DNA of 42,260 nucleotides from a virus (Duplodnaviria > Caudoviricetes): the IMG/VR virus record IMGVR_UViG_3300005805_000161, positions 1 to 42,260 of that record, one strand, 5' to 3'. Of the stretch, positions 29,046-37,907 are shown piece after piece. Position numbers and translations under genes: made by a program. Position 1 is the stretch's first letter. Each line of letters begins with the position of its first letter. The notes beneath the pieces were generated by a model. The model was not told the origin of the DNA and did no database searches. It saw nothing but the letters and a program-made list of their open reading frames with translations.

Positions 29046-30283
29046 CGGTACTCCTTCATGAACTTGTCGATGGTGTCGCACACGTAGTCCAGCATGGGCT
29101 GTGTCAGCGATGGCTGTACGCCCAGCCAGAAGGTGTTGTGCATTACATAGTCTGTCTGCTCTAGGCTGCCGTGCACGCGGTAGTTCTGACCCTTCAGGAA
29201 CGGCTGCTTGGTAGCGTTACCAGCAAACAGCAGGCGGGTGCCGATGTTGTGGCTGTTCAGGTACAGGATCAACTCCTGCCGCTTGAACTTGACGTCCGGG
29301 GCGAGCGTGATCGGGAACCCGAACCAGCTAGGGTGTGCGTCTGGGTAGACCGTCGGCAGCCACAGCTCCTCGTAGTTCGACAGTCGGTTAGCCAGATAGG
29401 AGTAGTTGCTGCGGCGCATGGAGATGAAGTAGTCCAGCTTCTCCAACTGAGCCACGCCACACGCGGCCTGCATCTCCGTGATCTTCAGGTTGTAGCCCAC
29501 ATGCGTGAACACGTACTTGTGGTCATAGCCGTAGGGCAGCCCCTCGAACTCTTGGCAGTACCGCTGCTTGCAGGTATTGTCCTTGCCAGGCTCGCACCAG
29601 CAGTCCCTGCCCCAGTCGCGGAAGGATTCCACCAGCCGGGTGAGCTTGGTGTTGTTGATGATCACTGCCCCGCCTTCGCCCATCGTGATGTGATGCGCAG
29701 GGAAGAAGGACAGGGTAGCCAAGTCTCCGAAGGTGCCGACGTTCTGGTTGCGCCATCGTGCGCCCAGTGCGTCACAGCAGTCCTCGATCAGCCACAGGTT
29801 GTGCTTCTTGGCCAAGGCTGCGATCTCTTCCAGATTGAACGGGTTGCCCATGGTGTGGGCTATGAAGATCGCCTTGGTCTTCTCTGTGATGGCCGACTCC
29901 AGATCCTTGGTGTCGATGTTCAAGGTCGTGTTGATGTCCAAGAACACTGGCACGGCACCGGCTTGGATGATGGGGTTGATCGTCGTGGGGAACCCGCAGG
30001 CCACGCTGATCACCTCATCGCCCTTCTTGATGGCCCTCTCCCCCAGCTTGGGGGAGGTCAGTGCCATGAAGGCTACAAGGTTGGCAGAGCTGCCACTGTT
30101 GACAGTCCTGACAGCTTTGCTGCCGATCCAGCGGGTGAGCGTGTCCTCGAACTCGCGGTTGAAGGTACTGGCGGTCAGCCAGCCCTTGTCCACGGCCTTG
30201 TGCATCAGCTCCTTCTCCCGCTCTCCGATCACCTGACCGGAGGCTGGGATGAAGGTGTCACCGGGTGTGAAGGCTAGGGTCAT
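29042..30283 (-). CDS. rfbH: CDP-6-deoxy-4-keto-glucose 3-dehydrase (E1, RfbH/DdhC)
   Basis: VNSGSSANL, IEDCCDALG, SFFPAHHITMGEGG (His in place of the PLP Lys), RDWGRDCWC..NTC Fe-S motif, YDHKY; start at 30283. Confidence 0.9.
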   Translation of the reverse strand: MTLAFTPGDTFIPASGQVIGEREKELMHKAVDKGWLTASTFNREFEDTLTRWIGSKAVRTVNSGSSANLVAFMALTSPKLGERAIKKGDEVISVACGFPTTINPIIQAGAVPVFLDINTTLNIDTKDLESAITEKTKAIFIAHTMGNPFNLEEIAALAKKHNLWLIEDCCDALGARWRNQNVGTFGDLATLSFFPAHHITMGEGGAVIINNTKLTRLVESFRDWGRDCWCEPGKDNTCKQRYCQEFEGLPYGYDHKYVFTHVGYNLKITEMQAACGVAQLEKLDYFISMRRSNYSYLANRLSNYEELWLPTVYPDAHPSWFGFPITLAPDVKFKRQELILYLNSHNIGTRLLFAGNATKQPFLKGQNYRVHGSLEQTDYVMHNTFWLGVQPSLTQPMLDYVCDTIDKFMKEYR

Positions 30284-31050
30284 ACTTCCTCGGCTTTGGG
30301 TTGGGGTAGCTGCGGTTTCTCTGTCAGGATGCCGTCGAACTTGTGGGTACCGATATGGGCTAGTTGTGCCCACGGTGCCGCCCAGACTGTGCCCTCGCAC
30401 TTGTCACGCCAGACCTTGCAGAAGTGGTAGTCCTCAGACAGCAGGCGCTCTCCCAGCGGCTCGATGCTGGTGGCGAAGAACTCATGGATGCGCTCGTTAC
30501 CGATAGCGCCGCTCAAGTCATGGGTATCGTTGATGTAGCTGGGCACATGGTCCTTGAGCTGCTCGAAGACCTCGCGCTTGATCAGCATGAAGCCGGTACC
30601 GCCATTCCAGATTTCCACGGGCTGGCCAATCTCCACGCGCTGCTCGCCGGCATACTCCTTCAGGTTGACCACGAAGGATCCGCTGTACTTGCGCAGCTCA
30701 TGCGGGGGCACGCCTGCTAGGGCGGCTGCGTGGATCTGTGACCAGTTGATTTCCTTCTTGGGGTAGATACCGCAGATGATCGGCTTGTCTGCCAGCAGCA
30801 TTGGGAGAACGTCCTGCGGGTTGAAGTGGATGTCTGCGTCGATGAACATCAGGTGGGTGAAGTCTGTCTTCAGAAACCCGTGGACCAAGGCGTTACGCGC
30901 CCGCTGGATCAGCGACTCGTTGAACAGGAAGCTGGCAGCCATGTCCACCTTGTTGTCTCGCAGGATGTTCTGTAGCTGCATCAGGGACTGCGTGTAGTAA
31001 CCGGCGCAAAGCCCACCATACATCGGGGTAGCTACAAAAAGTTTTGCCAT
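30280..31050 (-). CDS. GT-A fold glycosyltransferase-like protein
   Basis: VATPMYGG..ESLIQRARN..MFIDAD..GTGFMLI..LSEDYHFC. Confidence 0.85.
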   Translation of the reverse strand: MAKLFVATPMYGGLCAGYYTQSLMQLQNILRDNKVDMAASFLFNESLIQRARNALVHGFLKTDFTHLMFIDADIHFNPQDVLPMLLADKPIICGIYPKKEINWSQIHAAALAGVPPHELRKYSGSFVVNLKEYAGEQRVEIGQPVEIWNGGTGFMLIKREVFEQLKDHVPSYINDTHDLSGAIGNERIHEFFATSIEPLGERLLSEDYHFCKVWRDKCEGTVWAAPWAQLAHIGTHKFDGILTEKPQLPQPKAEEV

Positions 31051-31060
31051 GTGAATCTCC

Positions 31061-31771
31061 TCAAAAAGTAAAGACTTGGCGCTTGGTCCAAGGGAAGTCA
31101 GTAAATCTGCTGCTCATAAAGTTGTTGTTATCCATGAACATCTGCGGCGTCATGCCACCAGTCCCATCGTGGGACAAGCGGTAGTTCGTGCTGTGCTTGC
31201 CGGTGGTGCCGCACCTGATCCTGTTGCGCATCAGCTCTGCTTGGAAGTTGCGGTCTGACACAATGGGCACGTACCAGGCGTAGCCATACCTGCGGGCAAC
31301 GTCCGTGCGTACGGCATAGCAGGAGTTGTCCACGAGGTAGTGACCAGCGGCGTTGGGCTGGCAGCCGAGCGACTCGCAGTTGTCGTCACAGATCCAGTTG
31401 CCCTCGTTGTCCACGATCTTGCGCAGGCTGTACGCCCAGCCGAGGTCGTTCTGTTCTATCAGGCTGGCCAGTGACTCGATGTGGTCAGGCTCGAACCAGT
31501 TATCGTCATCGAGGTAGAAGATGATGTCTTCGTCGATCACGTAAGGAGCCAGAGCATAAACAGGAGCCATGCCGTAACCACCCCCACCGTTAGCCCGAGG
31601 TAGGTGAACGGCGACCGTATCATCCGATAGATGAGGGATGGTCTTGTCGGAATAGTCTGCACCATGGATGAATACGTAATGCGTAGCCTGCCTAGTTTGA
31701 TCCTGAACACTTTTGATTGCCCTCTTTATGGTTGGTCTGCCTTGTGTGCTGGTGACTACTGCTATCCTCAT
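31061..31771 (-). CDS. glycosyltransferase family 2-like
   Basis: GRPTIKRAIKSV..QT..FYLDDDNW. Confidence 0.85.
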   Translation of the reverse strand: MRIAVVTSTQGRPTIKRAIKSVQDQTRQATHYVFIHGADYSDKTIPHLSDDTVAVHLPRANGGGGYGMAPVYALAPYVIDEDIIFYLDDDNWFEPDHIESLASLIEQNDLGWAYSLRKIVDNEGNWICDDNCESLGCQPNAAGHYLVDNSCYAVRTDVARRYGYAWYVPIVSDRNFQAELMRNRIRCGTTGKHSTNYRLSHDGTGGMTPQMFMDNNNFMSSRFTDFPWTKRQVFTF

Positions 31772-32712
31772 CGATGCTCCTCTATCAGCCGGTAAAGCTG
31801 TTTCACTTCCTCATCGTTGTCAAACTGGTTGGCCTTGTCTGACCGGATGAAACTGTCTATCGCCTCCAGGTATCCGCAGTACGTCGTGTAATCCATCTCC
31901 CGCAGGAAGTTGTACAACTCCTTGTACGACTTGAACTCCCGCATGTCGATGTAGCACTCGGGCGGGATGTGGTTGTGAATGTTGGGCGCACCCCAGTACA
32001 CAGGGACAGTGCCGGCCATAAAGGCGTCGAGGATCTTCTCGCTGATATATCCCACCGCCGTATCCGTGTTCTCGAACGTGATGGCGAACCGGTAGTTGGC
32101 GTACGTCGCCAGCTTGTTGCTGGTGGTGCCTTTGTAGAACGGGACATGTCTGATATCCCAGCCGCGTCCGTACAGGTCGAAGTCAAAGATGGCGTTGTCC
32201 TTGAACCACTGGATCAGCTCGATGCGCTTTTCGTACAGGCTGCCGGGTATGTTCTTGGCGGTCTGGATCATGACTGCCAGCTTGTTGGTAAAGAAGTCTC
32301 CCCGCGAGCACTCGCACGGCAGGCGTTCTTTCCAGTCCACGGTGAAGTTGTGCTTGTCGTATTTCTTCTTGATGGTCAGCCTGTCATCCCATGTCAGCAC
32401 CCGGCTGAACTGATCGTGGTACGCCTCGTCCCAGTTCTCCGGCAGGATCAGTGGCGGCTCGTACAGGATCAGGACTTTGCTGGCACCTGGTACGTCAGGC
32501 TCCACGCGAGGGCGATCCATGTAGATCACGAGGTCCACGATGTGCGGGTCTACCTGATCGAGGGTGTACAGCTCGATGCCGGTGGACTTGCACAGTTTGT
32601 ACAGGTCATTCCAAGACTGAAGCAGGTTGTGGCCGATGTCGCTGTTCTGGTTCTTGAACAGGTAGCCATCGGTCGTGATGAACTCGTAGTGATTGTGGAC
32701 TGCTACTCTCAT
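31768..32712 (-). CDS. glycosyltransferase family 10 (alpha-1,3-fucosyltransferase-like)
   Basis: YRFAITFEN..GYISEKI.DA..AGTVPVYWG motif. Confidence 0.9.
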   Translation of the reverse strand: MRVAVHNHYEFITTDGYLFKNQNSDIGHNLLQSWNDLYKLCKSTGIELYTLDQVDPHIVDLVIYMDRPRVEPDVPGASKVLILYEPPLILPENWDEAYHDQFSRVLTWDDRLTIKKKYDKHNFTVDWKERLPCECSRGDFFTNKLAVMIQTAKNIPGSLYEKRIELIQWFKDNAIFDFDLYGRGWDIRHVPFYKGTTSNKLATYANYRFAITFENTDTAVGYISEKILDAFMAGTVPVYWGAPNIHNHIPPECYIDMREFKSYKELYNFLREMDYTTYCGYLEAIDSFIRSDKANQFDNDEEVKQLYRLIEEHR

Positions 32713-32909
32713 TCCTCTCCTCTCCTGATGGCCGCCGCTATGTCTGGGCTGCCCATCTCCTCACATAATGCTGCGCACCGCTCGCGCTCCTGTGTTGCTA
32801 CCATCTTTGCAAATCTGCGCATCCAAGCCATGGCTGCCGAGTCAGGGGCATAGATCAGCTCTTCTTCCTCGGCGGCCTGGTTTGCCATCTCGAACAGCTT
32901 GCGGCTCAT
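32709..32909 (-). CDS. small hypothetical protein (ERERCA family)
   Basis: QERERCAALCEE..AAAIRR; ATGA overlaps on both sides. Confidence 0.7.
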   Translation of the reverse strand: MSRKLFEMANQAAEEEELIYAPDSAAMAWMRRFAKMVATQERERCAALCEEMGSPDIAAAIRRGEE

Positions 32910-33148
32910 CTAACGAGCCAGTCATACAGCGCTCTCACAACGGTTAGGCCGACGCCGATAGCCGCGTAGAACAGGACAATCCACGCGCCCACTTCCACGG
33001 AACTCAGGTACTTCTCGTACACGCTGCCCCAGCGGCTGCTGTACTGAACGGTAGGTATCTCGTCACTCACAGTCTTGTAGAACTGCGGCACGTACGCAGA
33101 GCCAATCTTGGGCGGCTCTTCCTTAATGAACTTTCCATCTCTCAGCAT
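32906..33148 (-). CDS. small membrane hypothetical protein
   Basis: AGGAGG RBS; C-terminal TM segment. Confidence 0.7.
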   Translation of the reverse strand: MLRDGKFIKEEPPKIGSAYVPQFYKTVSDEIPTVQYSSRWGSVYEKYLSSVEVGAWIVLFYAAIGVGLTVVRALYDWLVR

Positions 33149-33156
33149 GTTTCCTC

Positions 33157-33921
33157 CTACGTGTTATTCCTACCAGCCCGCATCAGGTCGCCGGCATATA
33201 CGTGTTGACCGACATGACGTAGCTCGATTGTCGGATCGGCAAAGATTTTACCGCCCTCCTTCTTCCACAGCTCGCAGAAGTGATAATCCTCTGACAACAG
33301 CAATCCAAGCTCAGTAATGCTGAGGCCGAAGAACTCGCGGGTAAGCGGTGCAAGAAACTGACCGTTTGCCGGGTTGGTAATCAGGCTGGTGCGGTACGTA
33401 GGAACCTTGAAACGCAGTGCCTTGAACACATCCCGGTGGATCAGCATGAACCCTGTGCCGCCGTGCAGGACTTCCACCAAGCCGTTCTCGCCCAGCGGAA
33501 CCTTGTCTCCATCATCAGCCACGGCGTTCAGGACGTAGCTACAACCGAAGTTCTCGATGTCTTTCTCCCCGCGCAGGGCAGCTTCACGGATTCGATCCCA
33601 GAACAGGAACTTCTTGGGGTAGATCCCGCAGACCATTTCCTTCTCGTGCTGGAGCAGCTTGTAGATACCGTCAGTCGGGAACCAGATGTCAGCATCGATG
33701 AACATCAGGTAATCGTCCTGAGTCTCATCCAAAAAGTACCGGGCAATCTCGTTACGGGCACGGGTGATCAGGGCTTCTTTGTTCATGAACTGCCAGCGGG
33801 TGCGGATACCCTTCTGCTCAAGGAAGGACAGGTTCCGGGCTAGGCTGTCTACGTACTCCATGAACATGGCTCCGCCGTAGGCAGGAGTGCCAATCATGAT
33901 GGTTGGTTTGCCGTCAATCAT
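33157..33921 (-). CDS. GT-A fold glycosyltransferase-like protein (paralog of 30280-31050)
   Basis: IGTPAYGG..EALITRARN..MFIDAD..GTGFMLI..LSEDYHFC; start at 33921 with GGAGG RBS. Confidence 0.85.
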   Translation of the reverse strand: MIDGKPTIMIGTPAYGGAMFMEYVDSLARNLSFLEQKGIRTRWQFMNKEALITRARNEIARYFLDETQDDYLMFIDADIWFPTDGIYKLLQHEKEMVCGIYPKKFLFWDRIREAALRGEKDIENFGCSYVLNAVADDGDKVPLGENGLVEVLHGGTGFMLIHRDVFKALRFKVPTYRTSLITNPANGQFLAPLTREFFGLSITELGLLLSEDYHFCELWKKEGGKIFADPTIELRHVGQHVYAGDLMRAGRNNT

Positions 33922-34091
33922 GGTTTTACCTCCACCCATTCGCCGGGCTTTACCATCAACTGAGGCAAGGTCACACACTGTATGACCAATGCGTTCTGTT
34001 TGATGATCTGCTCGTTCATTTCAAGAACCCGCTTCAGTATGGCAACGTATTCATCCGACGGGAGGATGGCTTTCACGGTTGGATCACTCAT
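33918..34091 (-). CDS. small hypothetical protein (57 aa)
   Basis: Hand-translated MSDPTVKAILPSDEY...EWVEVKP; overlaps both neighbours and fills the gap. Confidence 0.6.
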   Translation of the reverse strand: MSDPTVKAILPSDEYVAILKRVLEMNEQIIKQNALVIQCVTLPQLMVKPGEWVEVKP

Positions 34092-34368
34092 CGATTAGCC
34101 CCTCCATTTGGTCAATCAGGTGGTCTGCGATCCGCTTGTCATGGACTGCCACCGTGCCGGCCAGCTCATCCTTGTGGACGATATCCATAGCATCCCGCAC
34201 GCCCTTGCGGTAGCCGCTGGTGAACTGATCTGTGCCTTCCAGGATCATGGTGATGGCATCCCGCACGACCTTGCTGGCCTGCCGGGACTTCGCCTTCTCC
34301 TTCAGCGCGGTGTAGGTCTCTTGCGACAGGTACAGGCTGTACGGTACTAATCTGCCCGAGCTTTCCAT
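34084..34368 (-). CDS. putative ribbon-helix-helix DNA-binding protein
   Basis: VPYSLYL (strand), SQETYTALKEKAK (helix), ASKVVRDAI (helix); GGAG RBS before ATG 34368. Confidence 0.6.
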   Translation of the reverse strand: MESSGRLVPYSLYLSQETYTALKEKAKSRQASKVVRDAITMILEGTDQFTSGYRKGVRDAMDIVHKDELAGTVAVHDKRIADHLIDQMEGLIDE

Positions 34369-34769
34369 GACGCGAACTCCTGCTTTAGACCGAGCATCTT
34401 CTCGACCGCTTGCTGACTTTTTGCGATGTCCGCTCGGCTTTCCACCTTCAGGTACGTCTTTAACCATGTCGTTGCTTCCTTTTCTGTCTTATCAATAATC
34501 TCGCCCGACTCACCCAAGAACTCCCAGAACTTCGGGTCCCGGCACAGCATCCCGCTTACCCGCACCATGTCCTTGGATAACTCTGCCTCCCGGTTCATAG
34601 GCCGCTCGTCCTCGGTCAGTCGCACCATCACGGTCATGTACCGGCTGCCAACAAAGTCACGGGCGATGACATCTGGTATCTCGTCCGGGTGTATGCGTAG
34701 CGTCAGGATGTAGCCGGAGCTGTCCTGCTTTAGCCCTACCTTGATCGCCTCGAACTGGCTAGTCTCCAT
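34347..34769 (-). CDS. conserved phage hypothetical protein
   Basis: 140 aa, operon-embedded; LCRDPKFWEFL..VESRADI. Confidence 0.75.
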   Translation of the reverse strand: METSQFEAIKVGLKQDSSGYILTLRIHPDEIPDVIARDFVGSRYMTVMVRLTEDERPMNREAELSKDMVRVSGMLCRDPKFWEFLGESGEIIDKTEKEATTWLKTYLKVESRADIAKSQQAVEKMLGLKQEFASWKARAD

Positions 34770-34995
34770 CTGTTACCCCAATCAGATCCTTGTATTTCCC
34801 GTCTGCGTAGATAAACCTGACGCCGATCAACTTGTCATCCTTGTCGTAGTAACAGCAGAACATGTTGCCATCTACCCACGGCGCTCTTGGGTGCAGAGAT
34901 GCGCTGGTCTGTGTCTCGGGCACAAGATAGTGAACCGCCAAGGCATAGCTTGGATGTGGGTTCTTCTGATAGTCATATAGTTTTATGTCCGGCAT
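34759..34995 (-). CDS. hypothetical protein
   Basis: 78 aa with overlapping start/stop junctions. Confidence 0.65.
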   Translation of the reverse strand: MPDIKLYDYQKNPHPSYALAVHYLVPETQTSASLHPRAPWVDGNMFCCYYDKDDKLIGVRFIYADGKYKDLIGVTDGD

Positions 34996-35315
34996 CAGCT
35001 AATATCCTCCACTCTCAATACGTACCTACCATTGGCTGCTTTGCGCCAGCCGTGCACAACGATCCGCACGCCAGCCTCCCGCGCCTTCGGCAGCAGGTCG
35101 GAGTCCTTGATCTTCTTGATCCTGGCAGATATGTTGTCCCCGCTAGTTGTCTGCACGGCCAGCACCTCATCCCGCTTGATAGCCAAAATATCTGCAAAGC
35201 CCCACAGGTCGTGCCTGCGCTTCGTGAAGCTGTTGAACCGCTCGACTACCTCCGGGTGGTAGCCCTGTTCCCGGAGATACTCTAGGCTGCGCTGGGTGGG
35301 TGATTTAGTTGCCAT
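34995..35315 (-). CDS. small PD-(D/E)XK nuclease (resolvase/VRR-NUC-like)
   Basis: LREQGY..DLWGFADILAI..LAVQTTS. Confidence 0.7.
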   Translation of the reverse strand: MATKSPTQRSLEYLREQGYHPEVVERFNSFTKRRHDLWGFADILAIKRDEVLAVQTTSGDNISARIKKIKDSDLLPKAREAGVRIVVHGWRKAANGRYVLRVEDIS

Positions 35316-35316
35316 T

Positions 35317-35607
35317 CTAGAAAGGAATATCCTCGTCGTTCACCGGCGAGGGCGCAGGAGCCGGGGCGGTAACGTTTCCATCTGGCTTCTTGTACGTGTT
35401 CACCTTGATGCTGAAGTACGTGCCGTACTGGCCATCGTTCTGCCAAGCGTCCAGCTTGATAGGGATATCGTCCTCGTCTGTCTGCTCCATCAGATCCTTC
35501 AGGAACTTGCGGTCAAGGACCAGCTCACCGTACAGGTCGGGCGACTTTGGGTGAACCTTGCGCTGGCTGTAGTTCAGGCGGCCAGAGTTGGGAAACTTAG
35601 TTGCCAT
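35317..35607 (-). CDS. putative ssDNA-binding protein
   Basis: SPDLYGE..LDAW..YFSIKV and an acidic DEDIPF tail; adjacent to ERF. Confidence 0.65.
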   Translation of the reverse strand: MATKFPNSGRLNYSQRKVHPKSPDLYGELVLDRKFLKDLMEQTDEDDIPIKLDAWQNDGQYGTYFSIKVNTYKKPDGNVTAPAPAPSPVNDEDIPF

Positions 35608-36295
35608 CAAAGCTCTCCTTGTAAGTCTTGAACGTGGCGGTCAGCTCTGCGTAGGCATCGGGTGCGCTTTGCTCGATGATCTTGTAGATGTTGGCGTTCG
35701 TGCGCCAGATGTTCATGACATCATCCTTGCTTCCCGCTGTATCCAGTGCCGTAACCGTAAGTTCAACCACCACCGTGAGCCAATCCTCGAAGTTGGTGTC
35801 TGGCTCTGTCGAGACCTTGAGCTGCCACTCTTTATCCTGTCCCTCCACCTTCTTAGGAGTCGCAACGGGTGGTTTCGGCGGTGCGGGCGGCGTTGCTTTA
35901 GGAGCCGCTTTCGGCGGCGCAGACGCTGTTGCTGCGTTGCCATCATCATCCTCCGGGGCGATAGAGCAGGCAGCCATCAGGCTGTACCTGCGGGCGTAAG
36001 ACAGGGCGCTCGCAAACCCCTGGGGGTCATGCTTGGCTGCTGGCATGTAAAGGGATCCGCCGGATATCTGCTCGCCAGACTCATGGACAAAGACGGTGGA
36101 AACTTTTACACCGTTCTCATGCTCATCGGTTAGCTGCATCAGGTAGATGCCGTTGTTGTTCAGGGCGTCCATGACTGCTTCCACGCAGGCCGAGAGGTCA
36201 GCGTACTTGCTCCTGAAGTGTGGGTTGGTGGAGGTCTTAAGCGCAGGTCCAAACTCCTTCTGCGCTTTGACCAGTGCCGAGGCGATTGCTTTCAT
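35597..36295 (-). CDS. erf: ERF-family ssDNA annealing protein
   Basis: NPHFRSKYADL..HESGE..QGFASALSYARRYSL..EDDDG signature. Confidence 0.92.
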   Translation of the reverse strand: MKAIASALVKAQKEFGPALKTSTNPHFRSKYADLSACVEAVMDALNNNGIYLMQLTDEHENGVKVSTVFVHESGEQISGGSLYMPAAKHDPQGFASALSYARRYSLMAACSIAPEDDDGNAATASAPPKAAPKATPPAPPKPPVATPKKVEGQDKEWQLKVSTEPDTNFEDWLTVVVELTVTALDTAGSKDDVMNIWRTNANIYKIIEQSAPDAYAELTATFKTYKESFDGN

Positions 36296-36594
36296 TATTT
36301 CTCCTTCTTCTGTATCCCAGTAGGTTTACGTGGTGTTCCGTCCATCCTGTAGCCGTACGGGGCTTCGGGCGTCCTGGTGTTAGCCATCTTAAGAGCCTTC
36401 TTGCTCCACACGCGCTTCTTAGATTTTGATTTCTGTGCTGCTGGTTTTTGTTGTTGACGCACGACCTGTTTTTGCGCCTGCTGTAACTCCACCTTGAGTT
36501 TGGAATTAAGCGCGTCCGTTAACAGTTTCATAATTGCGTTGACGAACGCTATCTCAGCGGGAGTCGCGTACGATATGCGGTACATGATCTCCAT
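36295..36594 (-). CDS. hypothetical protein
   Basis: Start moved to ATG 36594 because the upstream part is occupied by another ORF; basic C-terminus EAPYGY..DGTPRK. Confidence 0.65.
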   Translation of the reverse strand: MEIMYRISYATPAEIAFVNAIMKLLTDALNSKLKVELQQAQKQVVRQQQKPAAQKSKSKKRVWSKKALKMANTRTPEAPYGYRMDGTPRKPTGIQKKEK

Positions 36595-36601
36595 GGCAAC
36601 C

Positions 36602-36751
36602 TTAGAAACAGTTGGTGTTGCAGTTTCCAGCGTAGTCACAGCAGGTGGTGCATGTAATGAAGCGGCCATTCTGCTGGTAGGTATGGGTGGTGCAGGCTGC
36701 GTATGCCATGCTGGCGGTCATCATTGCCCAGATTGCGATTGCGTATTTCAT
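36602..36751 (-). CDS. small Cys-rich secreted peptide (49 aa)
   Basis: Hand-translated MKYAIAIWAMMTASMAYAACTTHTYQQNGRFITCTTCCDYAGNCNTNCF; AAGGAGG RBS, ATGA overlap, AYA signal-peptidase site, 6 Cys. Confidence 0.75.
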   Translation of the reverse strand: MKYAIAIWAMMTASMAYAACTTHTYQQNGRFITCTTCCDYAGNCNTNCF

Positions 36752-37623
36752 AGTTCCTCCTTACGGTAGTTTTTCCACTGATCGCAGAACGATGCAACCT
36801 GACAGAAGCTTTCGCATCTCGTCCTGCCGCCCTCTCTGGTCTCAATAAAGTGCGCCCCTTTCTGTTCGGCCAGGAACGCTTCGGCCTGCTGCTTGATCAT
36901 GAATACTTTCTTCGCCCGCTTGCCGCCCTCTTTCATGACGGCATAGGTCGTTGGCTTCTCCCACATCTCATCGCTTGTGCATTCGGGCATCTGGCCGCTG
37001 ACGACTGCGAAGTTGGCTTCGTTGTGCAGGTTCAGACGAGTGCGCACGAACTGCTCGCGGGTGTCGTGGTCCCACAGTGGGATATCCAGCACCACGATAG
37101 GTGCCTGAGGGTAGCCTTCCTTGTTGGCTGCATCTCTGCGGCTCCAGTCCCGGACGATGCCGACGATCTGTAGGCCGGAGACAGACACTGACTTCGTGGT
37201 TTCAATCAGCCATGCGTAGAGATTCAACTGGTCTACCCACTCTGTCTTCTCCTGCTGGACTGCCCAGGCTGACGTGACCTTGTAGTCGCTGATAACTAGC
37301 GTGCCGTCGGGCTGGATCTCCTGAAGGTCTATCTGGCCGGAGATACGCCAGCCCTCGAACGTGGTGAACAGCCGCTCCTCGACGATGTGGTTGCTATCTG
37401 CGCCGTGCTGAAGGATGTTGTGGCAGGCTGATCCGAACAAAGACCAGACACGGTCTGCTGCATCTTCCTCGATATCCTCGGCGTGCCGGCGGCGTAGCTG
37501 TACCAGCTGAGGCGGTGAAAGGATCTCTGTGACGCTGATCTCACTGTCGCCACGGCTGTACGTAGGCCGCTGGATGACGTTGACGAACGTCTGAGGCAGG
37601 TTGAATTTGTTGGTTAGTTTCAT
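36748..37623 (-). CDS. PD-(D/E)XK (Cas4/RecB-like) phage exonuclease
   Basis: GSACH..ISGQID..ISDYKVT..QLNLY and C-terminal RCESFCQVASFC; in the same operon as ERF. Confidence 0.85.
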   Translation of the reverse strand: MKLTNKFNLPQTFVNVIQRPTYSRGDSEISVTEILSPPQLVQLRRRHAEDIEEDAADRVWSLFGSACHNILQHGADSNHIVEERLFTTFEGWRISGQIDLQEIQPDGTLVISDYKVTSAWAVQQEKTEWVDQLNLYAWLIETTKSVSVSGLQIVGIVRDWSRRDAANKEGYPQAPIVVLDIPLWDHDTREQFVRTRLNLHNEANFAVVSGQMPECTSDEMWEKPTTYAVMKEGGKRAKKVFMIKQQAEAFLAEQKGAHFIETREGGRTRCESFCQVASFCDQWKNYRKEEL

Positions 37624-37632
37624 CTCTCCTCC

Positions 37633-37666
37633 CTAGATGTAGAAGGTATACTATCCCCAGATGTAG
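37633..37666. promoter_or_regulatory. two operator-like boxes (CTAGATGTAG, CCAGATGTAG)
   Basis: Pseudo-palindrome CTAnATnTAG at 37633 and 37657, 24 bp apart. Confidence 0.6.
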
Positions 37667-37676
37667 GAAACGTCAA
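37648..37676 (-). promoter_or_regulatory. leftward sigma70-type promoter
   Basis: On the minus strand TTGACG-17 bp-TAGTAT, followed by GGGAGGAG RBS and ATG 37623. Confidence 0.75.
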
Positions 37677-37776
37677 CAGATAATTTGCAACAGGAACCAT
37701 GTGTTGCATTAGCAACTACTTGGAAACATTTCCACATGTACTTGCAGTCTGCGGTGGATGTGGTAGTGTTTTGTCA

Positions 37777-37907
37777 GGGGAAAGCCTGGCCATCACTCTC
37801 CTTCCGTGAATCTCCTCGGCTGGGTGAGTACCCCCTGATTTCTCGCAAGTCTGGCTTTTGAGGCGAGCCAGCGACTTTCCCCGGTCTCCGTGCCGGGGTC
37901 TTTTTTT
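37777..37907 (+). ncRNA. candidate small RNA with two anti-SD segments
   Basis: Upstream TGG-TAGTGT -10; closing stem GGGGAAAG/CTTTCCCC; hairpin CTGGCT/AGCCAG; ends at a terminator. Confidence 0.45.
37879..37907 (+). terminator. rho-independent terminator
   Basis: CCCCGG-8 nt-CCGGGG followed by TCTTTTTTT. Confidence 0.7.

Noticed and set aside
29171-32853. Long plus-strand ORFs (368 aa, 294 aa and others)
   Set aside because: Antisense shadows of GC3-rich minus-strand genes with clear motifs.
36748-37623. Cas4-like nuclease as the adaptation module of the RAMP locus
   Set aside because: It is in the opposite operon with ERF and SSB, the usual phage recombination context; no cas1/cas2 is present.
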